This document shows positions 47,287 through 57,414 of a DNA stretch of 64,000 nucleotides, piece after piece (the first letter of the stretch is position 1; each line of letters begins with the position of its first letter). The position numbers and the translations under genes were made by a program. Source of the stretch: Syntrophales bacterium (lineage in GTDB: Bacteria > Desulfobacterota > Syntrophia > Syntrophales > PHBD01). The notes beneath the pieces are model-generated. The model worked only from the letters and a program-made list of their open reading frames with translations, had not been told where the DNA came from and did not search any database. Location of the stretch: the NCBI GenBank assembly GCA_963668175.1, contig OY764159.1:608001-672000 (forward strand). The letters are read 5' to 3'.

Positions 47287-49206
47287 ATGAATAAAGTGGC
47301 ATTCAGCAGTTGGGACGGCAAGATCGCCGATTACAGAAAAGGGAAGAGCGCCAAGCCGGCAAAAGGCAAAGAACCCGTGTGTCCCGTTCAGTACGATGGC
47401 ATGAAGATGAAAGCGATGATGGGATGGAACGGGATGGTCGTTCTGGATGAGAGCGCCGATATTCCTGCGTTGACCCTGGGATATCTCAAGGAAGCCAGGA
47501 AATTGTCCTGCGGCGAATGCTCCGTCTGTATGATCGGCATCGACCGGGTGATGGATATCCTGGAGTCGGTCAAGGCGGGCAAGGGCAGTGCTCAGGACCT
47601 GGCGGAAATCGAGACCATCGCCAAAGGCGTCACGGAAAACGCCAAGTGCAATTTCGGACGTGCTTCGGCTCTCGTGCCGGTCATGGATGCCGTGAAGTAC
47701 TTTAAAGCTGATTTCCTGGCCAAGGACGTGAAGAAGGAAGCCGCGAAGGGTTACGGCGTATCGGTAACGGCACCCTGCATGCAGGCCTGCCCGGCGACGC
47801 TGGATATCCCCGGCTATATCGAACTCATCCGGAACAATAAATTCAAGGAATCCCTGAACCTCATCAGGGAACGGTGCATCCTTCCCGGGGTCATCGGCCG
47901 GGCCTGCACCCATCCCTGTGAAGACGCATGCGTACGCAAGGACATGGATGCCTCACTGTCGATTCGCCTCCTGAAAAAGGCGGCGGCCGATTTCGAACTG
48001 AAAGAGGGTGCAGGTGCCCTTGCCGTTTCCGGAGAGGACAAGAAAGATAAAGTGGCCGTCATCGGCGCAGGTCCGGCCGGTCTGGCGGCGGCTTATCATT
48101 TAAGAAAAATGGGTTATCAGGTTACAGTATTCGAGGCGCTGCCGAAAGGCGGCGGCATGGCCGCCGTCGGCATTCCCGATTACCGTTTACCCAAGGACAT
48201 CCTCAACCACGAAATCGATTTGATCAAAAGGACGGGAGTTGACATCCGCCTGAACTGCAAGATCGACAAAATGGATTGGGCCGATATGCAGAAGAAGGGC
48301 TACAAGGCCGCCTATCTGGCCGTCGGTGCCCATGTGGGAACAAAAGTGGGCTGCGGCGGCGAAGAGATCACCTCCGACGATTTTGTCCAGGGCGCTGAAT
48401 TCTTGAGACGGTTCAGCCTGGGCGAAAAGATCGCGGCGAAAAACAAGGTCGTCATTATCGGCGGCGGCAACGTCGCGCTGGATTGCGCCCGCAGTTGCGT
48501 CCGTCTCGGGTTCAAGGATGTGCAGATCGTCTATCGGCGTTCCCGCAATGAAATGCCCGCAAGCAAAATCGAAATCGAAGAGGCCGAGCAGGAAGGCGTG
48601 AAATTTTCTTTCCTGAAGGCCCCGGTCAATATCGTCAGGAAAGCCGGCAAGGTGACGGGGATCGAATGCATCAAGATGAAGTTGGGTGAACCGGACGCCA
48701 GCGGCAGGAAGCGGCCGATACCGATCAAGGGTTCCGAATCCACGATCGCGACGGACATGATCATCGCCGCAACGGGCCAGAAACCGGATGTGGATCTCTT
48801 AAAGGGAAAGAATGCCGTCCAGTTGACCGACTGGGGCACCATCATGGCCAAAGCGGCAGCGGGATTCGAGACGAATGTTGCCGGAATCTTCGCCGGCGGC
48901 GATTGCGTGAGCGGCCCGGCCACACTGATCGAGGCCCTCAATATGGGCAACAAGGCCGCCCAGGGTATCGATGCCTATCTGCAGGGGAGAAAGGTTCCCG
49001 CCGAAATATCCCTGGAGGGATTGAATACGAAAGCCCAGAGAAATTCCGGGTTCGTCCCGAAAGAGGTCGCCGCAGGCGTCTCATTCCTGGAGCCCAAAAC
49101 ACGGATGAATACATTCGCCGAGGTTGAGGGCGCATTCGGCGTACCCGATGCGATCAAAGAGGCGGGACGCTGTCTGCGATGCTATCGGCTGATGATCTGG
49201 GAGTAA
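47287..49206 (+). CDS. SfrB/GltD-like NAD(P)H oxidoreductase with an N-terminal NuoF-type [4Fe-4S] domain
   Basis: N-terminus VAFSSW...MGWNG, SCGECSVC..C, PCMQACP..GRACTHPCEDAC, IGAGPAG, GGGNVALD..YRRSR, AGGDC, C-terminal RCLRC. Confidence 0.85.
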   Translation: MNKVAFSSWDGKIADYRKGKSAKPAKGKEPVCPVQYDGMKMKAMMGWNGMVVLDESADIPALTLGYLKEARKLSCGECSVCMIGIDRVMDILESVKAGKGSAQDLAEIETIAKGVTENAKCNFGRASALVPVMDAVKYFKADFLAKDVKKEAAKGYGVSVTAPCMQACPATLDIPGYIELIRNNKFKESLNLIRERCILPGVIGRACTHPCEDACVRKDMDASLSIRLLKKAAADFELKEGAGALAVSGEDKKDKVAVIGAGPAGLAAAYHLRKMGYQVTVFEALPKGGGMAAVGIPDYRLPKDILNHEIDLIKRTGVDIRLNCKIDKMDWADMQKKGYKAAYLAVGAHVGTKVGCGGEEITSDDFVQGAEFLRRFSLGEKIAAKNKVVIIGGGNVALDCARSCVRLGFKDVQIVYRRSRNEMPASKIEIEEAEQEGVKFSFLKAPVNIVRKAGKVTGIECIKMKLGEPDASGRKRPIPIKGSESTIATDMIIAATGQKPDVDLLKGKNAVQLTDWGTIMAKAAAGFETNVAGIFAGGDCVSGPATLIEALNMGNKAAQGIDAYLQGRKVPAEISLEGLNTKAQRNSGFVPKEVAAGVSFLEPKTRMNTFAEVEGAFGVPDAIKEAGRCLRCYRLMIWE

Positions 49207-49233
49207 AAGGAAATACAAGAAAAGGGGTCATAA

Positions 49234-49941
49234 ATGGTAAAGTTCACGATTGATGGGCGTAAAGTTGAAGGCAAGGAAGGCTCGGTCATCCTGCAAAATG
49301 CGCGAGCGTTGTCGATAGATATTCCCACGCTCTGCTACCATGATGAAGTGAGTCCCTTTGGGGCATGCCGCCTGTGTACCGTGGAAGTCAAAACGAACGG
49401 CAAGTGGCAGCTGGCGGCCTCGTGCACGACGGAAATCGCCCCGGGCATGGAAATCAATACCAAGTCGGACCGGGTCCAGGCGAGCCGCAAACTGGCCGCC
49501 GAGCTTCTTTATTATAAATATCCGCAAACAAAGGCGGTGTATGAGATAGCCCGTAAGCTCGGTGTTGCCGTAGGGGAACTGGCGGCGGACAATCGTGATT
49601 GTATCCTTTGCGGTCTCTGTGCGCGGACTTGCCGCGAGGTCGTCGGGGTTTGCGCCCTGACATTCCAGGATCGGGGCTTGGGACGGGACGTGGAAACACC
49701 CAAGATCGAATTCGTGGCCGATGCCTGCATCGGATGCGGTTCCTGCGCTTATGTCTGTCCGACCGGTTTCGTCAAGATGGAAACCACCGGTGACAAACGC
49801 ATGATCTGGGACAAAGTGTTCAAGATGGCCATCTGCAAAGTCTGCGGCCGCTACTTTGCTCCCCTGGATCAACTGGAGTTCATCAGCAAGAAGACGGGTG
49901 TGCCTCTGGAAAAGCTCATGACCTGCGTTAGCTGCCGTTAA
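49234..49941 (+). CDS. NuoG/FdhA-N-terminal-like Fe-S protein ([2Fe-2S] + 2x[4Fe-4S]), no catalytic domain
   Basis: IPTLC..GACRLC..ASC, CILCGLCARTC, CIGCGSCAYVCP, C-terminal CKVC..CVSC. Confidence 0.85.
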   Translation: MVKFTIDGRKVEGKEGSVILQNARALSIDIPTLCYHDEVSPFGACRLCTVEVKTNGKWQLAASCTTEIAPGMEINTKSDRVQASRKLAAELLYYKYPQTKAVYEIARKLGVAVGELAADNRDCILCGLCARTCREVVGVCALTFQDRGLGRDVETPKIEFVADACIGCGSCAYVCPTGFVKMETTGDKRMIWDKVFKMAICKVCGRYFAPLDQLEFISKKTGVPLEKLMTCVSCR

Positions 49942-50008
49942 GCGCGACCGCCAACACAAAGGTTGTTTGAAAAAGGAAAATAGTGTAGTAAAATAACCTA
50001 CCGAATAT

Positions 50009-50084
50009 TCCTCAGTAGCTCAGTCGGTAGAGCAGATGGCTGTTAACCATCGGGTCCGTGGTTCGAGTCCGCGCTGGGGAGCCA
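50009..50084 (+). tRNA. tRNA-Asn (GTT)
   Basis: 76 nt; acceptor TCCTCAG/CTGGGGA, D-arm TAGCTCAGTCGGTAGAGC, anticodon arm GATGG-CTGTTAA-CCATC, GTTCGAGTC T-loop, encoded CCA. Confidence 0.97.
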
Positions 50085-50091
50085 AAAAACC

Positions 50092-50125
50092 AAAAGCCCC
50101 TTGACTTGTTGTCAAGGGGCTTTTT
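50092..50125. terminator. bidirectional intrinsic terminator between the tRNA and the MCP gene
   Basis: AAAAGCCCCTTGAC-TTGTT-GTCAAGGGGCTTTTT perfect stem. Confidence 0.9.
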
Positions 50126-50178
50126 CAATTCCATGGTTACATTTGCCGAGAGACAGAGTCACGTCCGGGACGGGCTTC

Positions 50179-51642
50179 CTATGAGACAACGAGCGCCTTC
50201 GTCTGGGTATCGCTCCCGACGACGTCGATCAGGTTCTGAATATAATTTTTCGTTTGCTCGGCCTGAGCGCTCATCTCTTCCGAAGCACTTGCGGACTCCT
50301 CGGCATTGGCGGCGGTTTGCTGCACGACTTTGTCGATTTCCGCGATCGCCTTATTGATATGGTCGATCCCTGACGCCTGTTCCTTGGTCGTGTCTCCGAC
50401 CTGCTTGATCAGTTCGAAGGTTGTCTTGCCCAGTTCGCCCATGTTGTAGAATTCTTCCAGGGCCTTTGCAACGAGGGTGATACCCTTTTCGATATTCGCC
50501 AGGGTGTCCCCGATGATGGCATCCGTGTTCCTCGCAGCTTCGGCGGAACGAAGGGCCAAATTGCGAACTTCGTCGGCAACGACCGCAAATCCTGCTCCGG
50601 CCTCGCCGGCACGGGCTGCTTCCACCGCAGCGTTAAGGGCAAGAAGGTTGATCTGAAAAGCAATGTCGTCGCTGTTCTTTGTAATCTTGGACGCCTGAAC
50701 GCCCGCTTCGCCTGTTTTCTTGATGCAATCGTTGGCCTCCCGAAGCGATTTGTGGCAGGCCTTCTGTAATTGATACGTCGACGCCCCCGATTTAAACAAT
50801 TGATCGACGCGATCGACATTCTGCTTGGTCAGAGTCGATAATTCCTCAAGAGAAGATGACGCCTCCTGAAGAGACGCTGCGGATTCCGAGGCTCCGGAGG
50901 CGAGGGATTGGCTCGTCACGGAAATCTGCCCGGATGCGGACGCCATTTGAAAAGCCGACTCGGAAAGGCCGTCTATGACTTTGTTGATCGGCTTCGTTAT
51001 ATAATTGGCAAAAAAGAAACCTAAGGCCACGGCTAAAATGACACCGGCGGCGGTGCCGACGGACGTTACGATCGATGTCCACTCGGCGGTGGCAGCAGCA
51101 TGTTTTCCATGCTCCTCGGACAGCCTCGTATTCATCGTGACGGCATCCTTTAAAAGTCTATCGACCGCCCCGACTGCCTCTTTCGCCTTGCCATTGGAAT
51201 AAGCGAGGGCCTCATCCCGTTTTTCGCTTTTTAGGAGGGCCATAACTTGATTGTGTTCCTTGCGCCAAGCCTCCCATGCCGACTTCAACTTGTTCCATAG
51301 AGCGGCTTCGTCCGGAGACTTTGCGAGCCCGTCGAGGCCCTGAAAACCTTGCTCCGCCGCCTTCCACTCATTATCGAGGTCTGCGGTCTGGCGGGTTCGT
51401 TCCCCGCTGTCCTTGAATATTTCCGGGATGAGTATGCTGCGTTCCCCTTTTTGAATGGCGACCCTTGCCTCACTGATGGCCCCCAGGTTTTTCATCGCAG
51501 GTATCCTCGTTCCGTAGACTTCGCCGAGGTCGCTGCTCAGCAGATAGGAGCTGAACCAGCCGACTAATCCGCCGCCCAGGATCAAGCATGCCGTAATCAC
51601 AAAACCACCGATCAATTTAACACTGAGTTTCGCATTTTTCAT
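50179..51642 (-). CDS. methyl-accepting chemotaxis protein (4-helix-bundle sensor, short signalling domain)
   Basis: Two TM segments; IAFQINLLALNAAVEAARAGEAGAGFAVVADEVRNLA. Confidence 0.92.
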   Translation of the reverse strand: MKNAKLSVKLIGGFVITACLILGGGLVGWFSSYLLSSDLGEVYGTRIPAMKNLGAISEARVAIQKGERSILIPEIFKDSGERTRQTADLDNEWKAAEQGFQGLDGLAKSPDEAALWNKLKSAWEAWRKEHNQVMALLKSEKRDEALAYSNGKAKEAVGAVDRLLKDAVTMNTRLSEEHGKHAAATAEWTSIVTSVGTAAGVILAVALGFFFANYITKPINKVIDGLSESAFQMASASGQISVTSQSLASGASESAASLQEASSSLEELSTLTKQNVDRVDQLFKSGASTYQLQKACHKSLREANDCIKKTGEAGVQASKITKNSDDIAFQINLLALNAAVEAARAGEAGAGFAVVADEVRNLALRSAEAARNTDAIIGDTLANIEKGITLVAKALEEFYNMGELGKTTFELIKQVGDTTKEQASGIDHINKAIAEIDKVVQQTAANAEESASASEEMSAQAEQTKNYIQNLIDVVGSDTQTKALVVS

Positions 51643-51854
51643 AAACGGGACCTCGTGTTTAAATTAGATGATTCGTACCGTTACACCTTGCCGCAGGGCA
51701 GGCATACACAGTGCAATCCGGAAATCAACTTATATACAGGATAGCACGTCTATAGCATACTTTTTAAAATGTTGTTAATAAAATATCGTCTTTTTGATAT
51801 TTTGCATCTCCGGCGGACCGGCATCAAAATAATGACCATCCATGTTAACGAATC

Positions 51855-53282
51855 CTACCATTTGATTCCGTTCTGTTTTAGATAGGCACGGGCCTCTTCA
51901 AGTCCGAGGCGCGCCGCTGCTTTGTATTCTCTTACGGATGCCTCAATGTATCCCAGACTCTGGTAGACGCTGCCGCGGTTGAAGTAAGCTTCGGCGTAAC
52001 GGGGATTGATGCGGATGGCCATATCCAGGTCGCCAACGGCGGCCTGGTCGTCACCGGAGAAGTGATGGGCCGTGCCGAGATAATACCATGCTTCGGCGTT
52101 TCCGGGCGAAAGATCGAGGGCCTTCGATAGATCTTTTATAGCGGGATCATATAACTTCGCGCGAACATATCCGGCACCCCTCCTGACCAAAGCGTCCACA
52201 TAGTTCGGATTCAGTTCCAGGGCGGACGTGAAGTCCCGGAGGGCATTCTGAGCTTGATCAGTCAGGGCATAGGCCGTTCCCCTGTGATACCACGCTGCAG
52301 CGCTGGCCGGATTCAACTCGAGGGCTCTCGAGTAGTCCTGTATCGCCTGAACGTAATGACCCTCTGCAAATCGGATGTTGCCCCGATCCACATGAGCCTC
52401 CGTGTAATTCGGATTGAGGCGGATGGCTTCATCGTAGTCTCTGAGAGCGCTTCCCGTTTTGCCGATTCGTCTGTAAGCCGCGGCGCGGTTGAAGTGGGCC
52501 TCCGGGTCGTCCGGTTCCATTTTCAGGAAGCGGCTATAGTCGGCGATGGCTTCCTGGTAATGGCCTGCCAGGTATCGTGCCAGCCCCCGGTTGAAATAGG
52601 ACGTACTGTCTTTGGGATTCATTTGAATGGAGCGGTTAAATGCCTTGACGGCGTTTCCGTAATCCGCCTGATGAATCAGGACAAATCCGCGTTCGGCCCA
52701 ATCCGTGGCCTTCAACGTCTGGATGTTTCTCCTGTAACGCGATGTATCCGTTTCGTCTTCGGCCTGCTTATGGGCGCGGAGCCTATCCAATTCCTCCAAA
52801 GCGTCCGACGCTTGTTTCTTTAGTTTTTCCAGTTCCCTCGTCTTCTGGCGGTCCCTCCTGATGTCGTCGACACGTTTCGCCACCCAGTCCGGATCGACTA
52901 CCAGCTTGGCTTTCAGGCGGTAGGTTTGCCCGTCCCATTTTTCCTCGATGATTTCCGTACTGACGACCCCTGCGGTCATAACGGATATTTGATCCTTGGA
53001 CAGCTGGTAATTCTTTATCTCTGTTTCGCTTTCCAGGTACGCGCCGAGTTCTTCCAGAAGCTGCCTTTTGACTTGTTCCAAAGCGATGGTTCGGCTTGTC
53101 ACTTTGCTGTCGATGTCGCTGGCATGATAGGTATACTCTCTGATGAATGTCTTCGTCCGGGCGTGGGCCGGGGCGCTGTAACTCCCCAAGGCCATGACGG
53201 TCAATACCGCGATGAAACCCGCCGCCGTTTTGGGTAAAATGTCTCTTAAGAATGTCATTGATGTCCTATTCTCCAGGGTCAC
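51855..53282 (-). CDS. exported tetratricopeptide repeat protein
   Basis: Signal-like N-terminus, coiled coil, about 8 TPRs (AY.NRG..Y..A..DY..AL.LNP); start could be 53258. Confidence 0.85.
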   Translation of the reverse strand: MTLENRTSMTFLRDILPKTAAGFIAVLTVMALGSYSAPAHARTKTFIREYTYHASDIDSKVTSRTIALEQVKRQLLEELGAYLESETEIKNYQLSKDQISVMTAGVVSTEIIEEKWDGQTYRLKAKLVVDPDWVAKRVDDIRRDRQKTRELEKLKKQASDALEELDRLRAHKQAEDETDTSRYRRNIQTLKATDWAERGFVLIHQADYGNAVKAFNRSIQMNPKDSTSYFNRGLARYLAGHYQEAIADYSRFLKMEPDDPEAHFNRAAAYRRIGKTGSALRDYDEAIRLNPNYTEAHVDRGNIRFAEGHYVQAIQDYSRALELNPASAAAWYHRGTAYALTDQAQNALRDFTSALELNPNYVDALVRRGAGYVRAKLYDPAIKDLSKALDLSPGNAEAWYYLGTAHHFSGDDQAAVGDLDMAIRINPRYAEAYFNRGSVYQSLGYIEASVREYKAAARLGLEEARAYLKQNGIKW

Positions 53283-53412
53283 GTGTTGCTTGACAAACAG
53301 GCGAAAAACTGTATAGATATCATACTATTATTTTTACGGAATAATCAATGATAGTATCACCTGCTATTCTTGTATCCGGATCTTGCCATGGAAAATGCGA
53401 AGCTGACAGAAA

Positions 53413-55230
53413 ATGAGCAATAATATCCAGAGACAGAAACGCCACGCGATAGAGCGAAACAAGAGCAAGGTGAGCGTAGGGAAAATAGAATCCCACTTGG
53501 CCGACATGATGGAACAGATGCCCCTGGTGTTTTTCGAAGTGGATGCTGCGGGCAATCTTATCTACATCAACCCGGCGGGGTTGGCGCTTTTCGGTTTGAG
53601 CGGCTCCGACTTAGAAAAGGGTGTGCATAGCCTACAAATCCTGACTGCAGAGACTTTTGCCCTGATCAGTAAAGACCTGACTGATACACAGCTTCCGCAA
53701 AAAGATATCCATTCGAGCGCCGTGGCAAAAAAGAGCAATGGCGAGATGTTCCCTGTGCGAATCTATGCCTCCCCCATCAGGAAACAGGGTGAGAGGTCCG
53801 GCAGCAGCGTGATTCTCGTCGATATGACGAGGCAGCAGTTGATGGAGACGGCGCTTTTGGAGAGCGAAGGGCGGTTTCGCATGCTCTATCAAACAGCCAA
53901 TGATTCCATCATGGCGATTCACGGCGGCAAAATTATCGACTGCAATGCGAAAACGCTGGAAATATTCCGCTGTGCAAAGCAGCAAATCGTCGGTCTCGCC
54001 CCCTGGGCATTATCCCCGGAACTGCAGTCGGATGGCCGGCCCGCCAAGGAAACGATGCAGGAAAAAATCGACCTCGCCCTGCAGGGCAGTCCGCAATTTT
54101 TTGAGTGGAAATATCGCCGCAGCGATGAATCCGTATTCGATGCCGAAGTCAGCCTGCATCGCATAGAGTACCGGGGCAAGATCATCATCCAGGCCCTCAT
54201 CCGGGATATCATGCTTCGGAAGCAAACCCATGACAGGCTGAGAAAATCGGAAGAGCAGTATCGGCTCCTGATCGAAAATGCCAACGACGCCATCTTCGTC
54301 ATCCAGGACGGCTTGATCAAATTCGCCAACAGGAAAACAAGCCGCATTCTCGGCTATTATAAGGAAGATTTAAAAGATTTGTACTTTATAGACCTGATTC
54401 ACCAGGAGGATCGGAAGATCGTCCTGGAGCGGTATCTCCAGAAGATCAAGGAGGAGCATAACGCCGATGCCACGCCTTTCAGGTGCCTGGACAAGCGGGG
54501 TCGCATCAAGTGGATGGAAATCAATTCGGCCCTGATCATCTGGGACGACAGGCCGGCCGTTATGGTCTTCGCCAAGGACGTTACCGACCGCAGGAGGATC
54601 GAGGAAAATCTTCAAAAGAGCTTCCGGCGCAATTTTGAGAAAATCCAAAAAACGCTGGAAACGACGATTGAAACCATCGGCCTCATCGTGGAAACGAGGG
54701 ACCCCTATACATCCGGCCATCAAAAACGGGTGGCCATTCTGGCCAGTGCCATCGCAGCCGAGATGAATCTCTTTGAGGAACAGAAGAGCGCCGTCCGGAC
54801 GGCGGCGACGGTTCACGATGTGGGCAAGATTTACATCCCGGCGGAGGTGTTGAGCAAACCGGGTAAGCTTACGCCTACCGAGTTTGGCTTGATGAAGACC
54901 CATCCCCAAGTCGGCTTCGACATCTTGAAAAATATCGAGTTTCCTTCCCCTATTGCGACCATCGTCCTGCAGCATCACGAAAGGATAGACGGCTCGGGAT
55001 ATCCCAAGGGGTTGAGCGGGAAGAATATCTTCATTGAAGCAAGAATTATCGCCGTGGCCGATGTTGTCGAGGCCATGGCGTCGCACCGACCCTACAGGCC
55101 TACTCTGGGGCTCGATATGGCGCTCGAAGAGATATCCAGAAACCGCGGCATCTTTTATGATGCAGACGTGGTCGACGCCTGCCTTTCCCTCTTTCTGCAG
55201 AAGGGCTTTAAGCTACCCAGCATTCCCTGA
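53413..55230 (+). CDS. triple-PAS HD-GYP cyclic di-GMP phosphodiesterase
   Basis: Three PAS-like repeats; RDPYTSGHQKRV, HDVGK, HHERIDGSGYP, AVADVVEAM.SHRPYR. Confidence 0.9.
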   Translation: MSNNIQRQKRHAIERNKSKVSVGKIESHLADMMEQMPLVFFEVDAAGNLIYINPAGLALFGLSGSDLEKGVHSLQILTAETFALISKDLTDTQLPQKDIHSSAVAKKSNGEMFPVRIYASPIRKQGERSGSSVILVDMTRQQLMETALLESEGRFRMLYQTANDSIMAIHGGKIIDCNAKTLEIFRCAKQQIVGLAPWALSPELQSDGRPAKETMQEKIDLALQGSPQFFEWKYRRSDESVFDAEVSLHRIEYRGKIIIQALIRDIMLRKQTHDRLRKSEEQYRLLIENANDAIFVIQDGLIKFANRKTSRILGYYKEDLKDLYFIDLIHQEDRKIVLERYLQKIKEEHNADATPFRCLDKRGRIKWMEINSALIIWDDRPAVMVFAKDVTDRRRIEENLQKSFRRNFEKIQKTLETTIETIGLIVETRDPYTSGHQKRVAILASAIAAEMNLFEEQKSAVRTAATVHDVGKIYIPAEVLSKPGKLTPTEFGLMKTHPQVGFDILKNIEFPSPIATIVLQHHERIDGSGYPKGLSGKNIFIEARIIAVADVVEAMASHRPYRPTLGLDMALEEISRNRGIFYDADVVDACLSLFLQKGFKLPSIP

Positions 55231-55653
55231 ATCCTGGTCTTCCGGGATATTCCGCAGCTTACCGTATAGAGCATCGAGGATGCCGTTGATAAAGGCCCCC
55301 GAATTCTCGGAGCCATAAAGCTTGCCGAGATCGATGGCTTCATTCAATGTCACTTTAGGGGGGATATCGGGGCAGTATTGAAGTTCATAGACGGCCATGC
55401 GCAGAATGGCTTTATCCACTTTGGACATTCTGGGTAAAGACCAGTGTTCGGAGCAACTGGCGATCAAGTCGTCTATTTCGTGACGGTGATCCCAGGTTCC
55501 TTCGATCAATATGGTCGAAAAATCCCTCGCTTCCTGTGAGGCCTCAAAATTCTTCCAGAAAAGATCTATCACTTCCGTGATATTGCTTTCCAGAATGTCC
55601 AATGTGTAAAGAACCTGTAAGGCAACTTCTCGTGCCTTCCTGCGCTGGTGCAT
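55213..55653 (-). CDS. nusB: transcription antitermination factor NusB
   Basis: RRKAREVALQVLY, W...R...VD.AILR, NEAIDLGK.YG, FINGILD. Confidence 0.95.
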   Translation of the reverse strand: MHQRRKAREVALQVLYTLDILESNITEVIDLFWKNFEASQEARDFSTILIEGTWDHRHEIDDLIASCSEHWSLPRMSKVDKAILRMAVYELQYCPDIPPKVTLNEAIDLGKLYGSENSGAFINGILDALYGKLRNIPEDQDSGNAG

Positions 55654-55717
55654 TGACGCCTCGGTTATTGCAGCATGCTGCGTCTTTTGATGATGTCCGA
55701 CATCGATACAGAAATCA

Positions 55718-56182
55718 TTATATTTTCTTGAACAGATCGACCATTTCAATGGCCGTCATAGCGGCGTCCCACCCCTTGTTTCCGGCTTTAGTGCCCGCTC
55801 TTTCGATGGCCTGTTCGATGGTATCGGTTGTCAGGACGCCGAAGGCCACGGGGACTTCCGTTTCCAGACCGACCATAGCGATTCCTTTTGTTACTTCCGC
55901 ACTGATGTATTCGAAATGAGGCGTCGCCCCGCGGATAACGGCGCCGAGGCAGATGACGGCATCGTATTTGCCGCTTTTGGCGAGCTTTTTGGCCGCCAGC
56001 GGCAGTTCAAAGGCCCCCGGCACTTTGTAGATCAGCATGTCTTTGGGGTCTGCGCCTGCCCTGGTCAAGGCGTCGACGGCGCCTTCGATCAATCGTCCAC
56101 AGATAAAGTCGTTGAATCGGCTCGCGACGATCCCGAACCTCATTCCTTTGGCTATGATTTTTCCTTCAATCATCTTGGTCAC
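55718..56182 (-). CDS. ribH: 6,7-dimethyl-8-ribityllumazine synthase
   Basis: [35 protein letters not shown]. Confidence 0.96.
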   Translation of the reverse strand: MTKMIEGKIIAKGMRFGIVASRFNDFICGRLIEGAVDALTRAGADPKDMLIYKVPGAFELPLAAKKLAKSGKYDAVICLGAVIRGATPHFEYISAEVTKGIAMVGLETEVPVAFGVLTTDTIEQAIERAGTKAGNKGWDAAMTAIEMVDLFKKI

Positions 56183-56199
56183 GTTTCCCGCCTCCTCTC

Positions 56200-57402
56200 T
56201 CAGACTTCCAGCATATGCCCCATTTTTTTCTTCTTCGTTTTTAAATACTTGATATTGTTTTCCGTCGGATGGATTTCAATGGGAACCCGGTCCGTGATGG
56301 TGATGCCGTATCCCTGCAGTCCTACCAGTTTCTTGGGGTTGTTCGTCAGCAGGCGCATTTTCCTCACGCCTAAATCGACCAGGATCTGCGCCCCGATTCC
56401 ATAATCCCTCAGATCTGGCTTAAAACCGAGTTCGATATTGGCCTCAACGGTATCCTTGCCCTGCTCCTGCAGCTCGTAAGCCTTGATCTTGTTGACCAAA
56501 CCGATGCCGCGCCCTTCCTGATGCATATAAACGATGGCACCCTTCCCTTCCTTGGCAACCATGGCCATGGCGGTCTGGAGCTGGTCGCCGCAGTCGCACC
56601 GCTCCGAACCGAAAGTATCGCCCGTAAGGCATTCGGAGTGCACCCTCACGAGGACATTGTCTTCCGGAGTGATGTCGCCTTTGACCAGGGCGACATGCTG
56701 CATTTCATCGACATCGTTTTCGTAGACGATGATTCTGAAATCTCCCCCGTACTTGGACGGCAAAGCGGCGGCCGCGGCGCGCCTGATAAGGGATTCGTGC
56801 TGCATGCGGAAATTGATCAGGTCGGCGATCGTGGCGATTTTGATGCCGTGCTCGTCGGCGAAAATCTCCAGGTCCGGCATGCGGGCCATCGTTCCGTCGT
56901 CCTTCATGATCTCGCAGATGACGCCTGTGGGTTTGAGTCCCGCAAGACGGGCGAGATCGACGGAACCTTCCGTTTGGCCCGTTCTGACCAGCACCCCTCC
57001 TCTTCTGGCGCGGATGGGAAAGATGTGCCCGGGGCTGACCAGGTCGTCGCACTGGGCATTGTCGGCAACCGCCGCCCTGATCGTCGTCGCCCGGTCGGCG
57101 GCGGAAATTCCCGTGGAAACGCCCCGTTTGGCTTCGATGGAGACCGTAAAGGCCGTCCCGAAACGGGACCGGTTGTCTCTCACCATCGGAAAGAGGTTGA
57201 GCTTGTCGGCATGGTCTTCCGTCAGGGTGAGGCAGATGAGACCGCGGCCGTATCTTGCCATGAAATTGATGGCGTCGGGTGTGACAAATTCGGAGGCCAT
57301 GCACAGATCGCCTTCGTTTTCTCTATCTTCATCATCGACGAGGATGATCATTTTGCCGTTTTTGATGTCTTCAATGACTTCGTGAATCGGACTTACTTTC
57401 AT
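56200..57402 (-). CDS. ribBA: bifunctional DHBP synthase / GTP cyclohydrolase II
   Basis: [39 protein letters not shown]. Confidence 0.96.
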   Translation of the reverse strand: MKVSPIHEVIEDIKNGKMIILVDDEDRENEGDLCMASEFVTPDAINFMARYGRGLICLTLTEDHADKLNLFPMVRDNRSRFGTAFTVSIEAKRGVSTGISAADRATTIRAAVADNAQCDDLVSPGHIFPIRARRGGVLVRTGQTEGSVDLARLAGLKPTGVICEIMKDDGTMARMPDLEIFADEHGIKIATIADLINFRMQHESLIRRAAAAALPSKYGGDFRIIVYENDVDEMQHVALVKGDITPEDNVLVRVHSECLTGDTFGSERCDCGDQLQTAMAMVAKEGKGAIVYMHQEGRGIGLVNKIKAYELQEQGKDTVEANIELGFKPDLRDYGIGAQILVDLGVRKMRLLTNNPKKLVGLQGYGITITDRVPIEIHPTENNIKYLKTKKKKMGHMLEV

Positions 57403-57414
57403 TCTTGCTCCTTC

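Noticed and set aside
44817..49941. Selenocysteine read-through in the redox operon
   Set aside because: No in-frame TGA interrupts a domain; the porD TGA falls at the natural C-terminus
51643..51854. Cyclic dinucleotide (GEMM) riboswitch upstream of the MCP gene
   Set aside because: Could not find the GEMM-I core motifs and paired stems on the minus strand
50009..55230. Genomic island integrated at tRNA-Asn
   Set aside because: No integrase, no duplicated tRNA 3' end seen, and the native terminator directly follows the tRNA
55213..55230. Convergent 3' overlap of nusB and the HD-GYP gene
   Set aside because: Only 18 nt; short convergent overlaps are common and imply no special function
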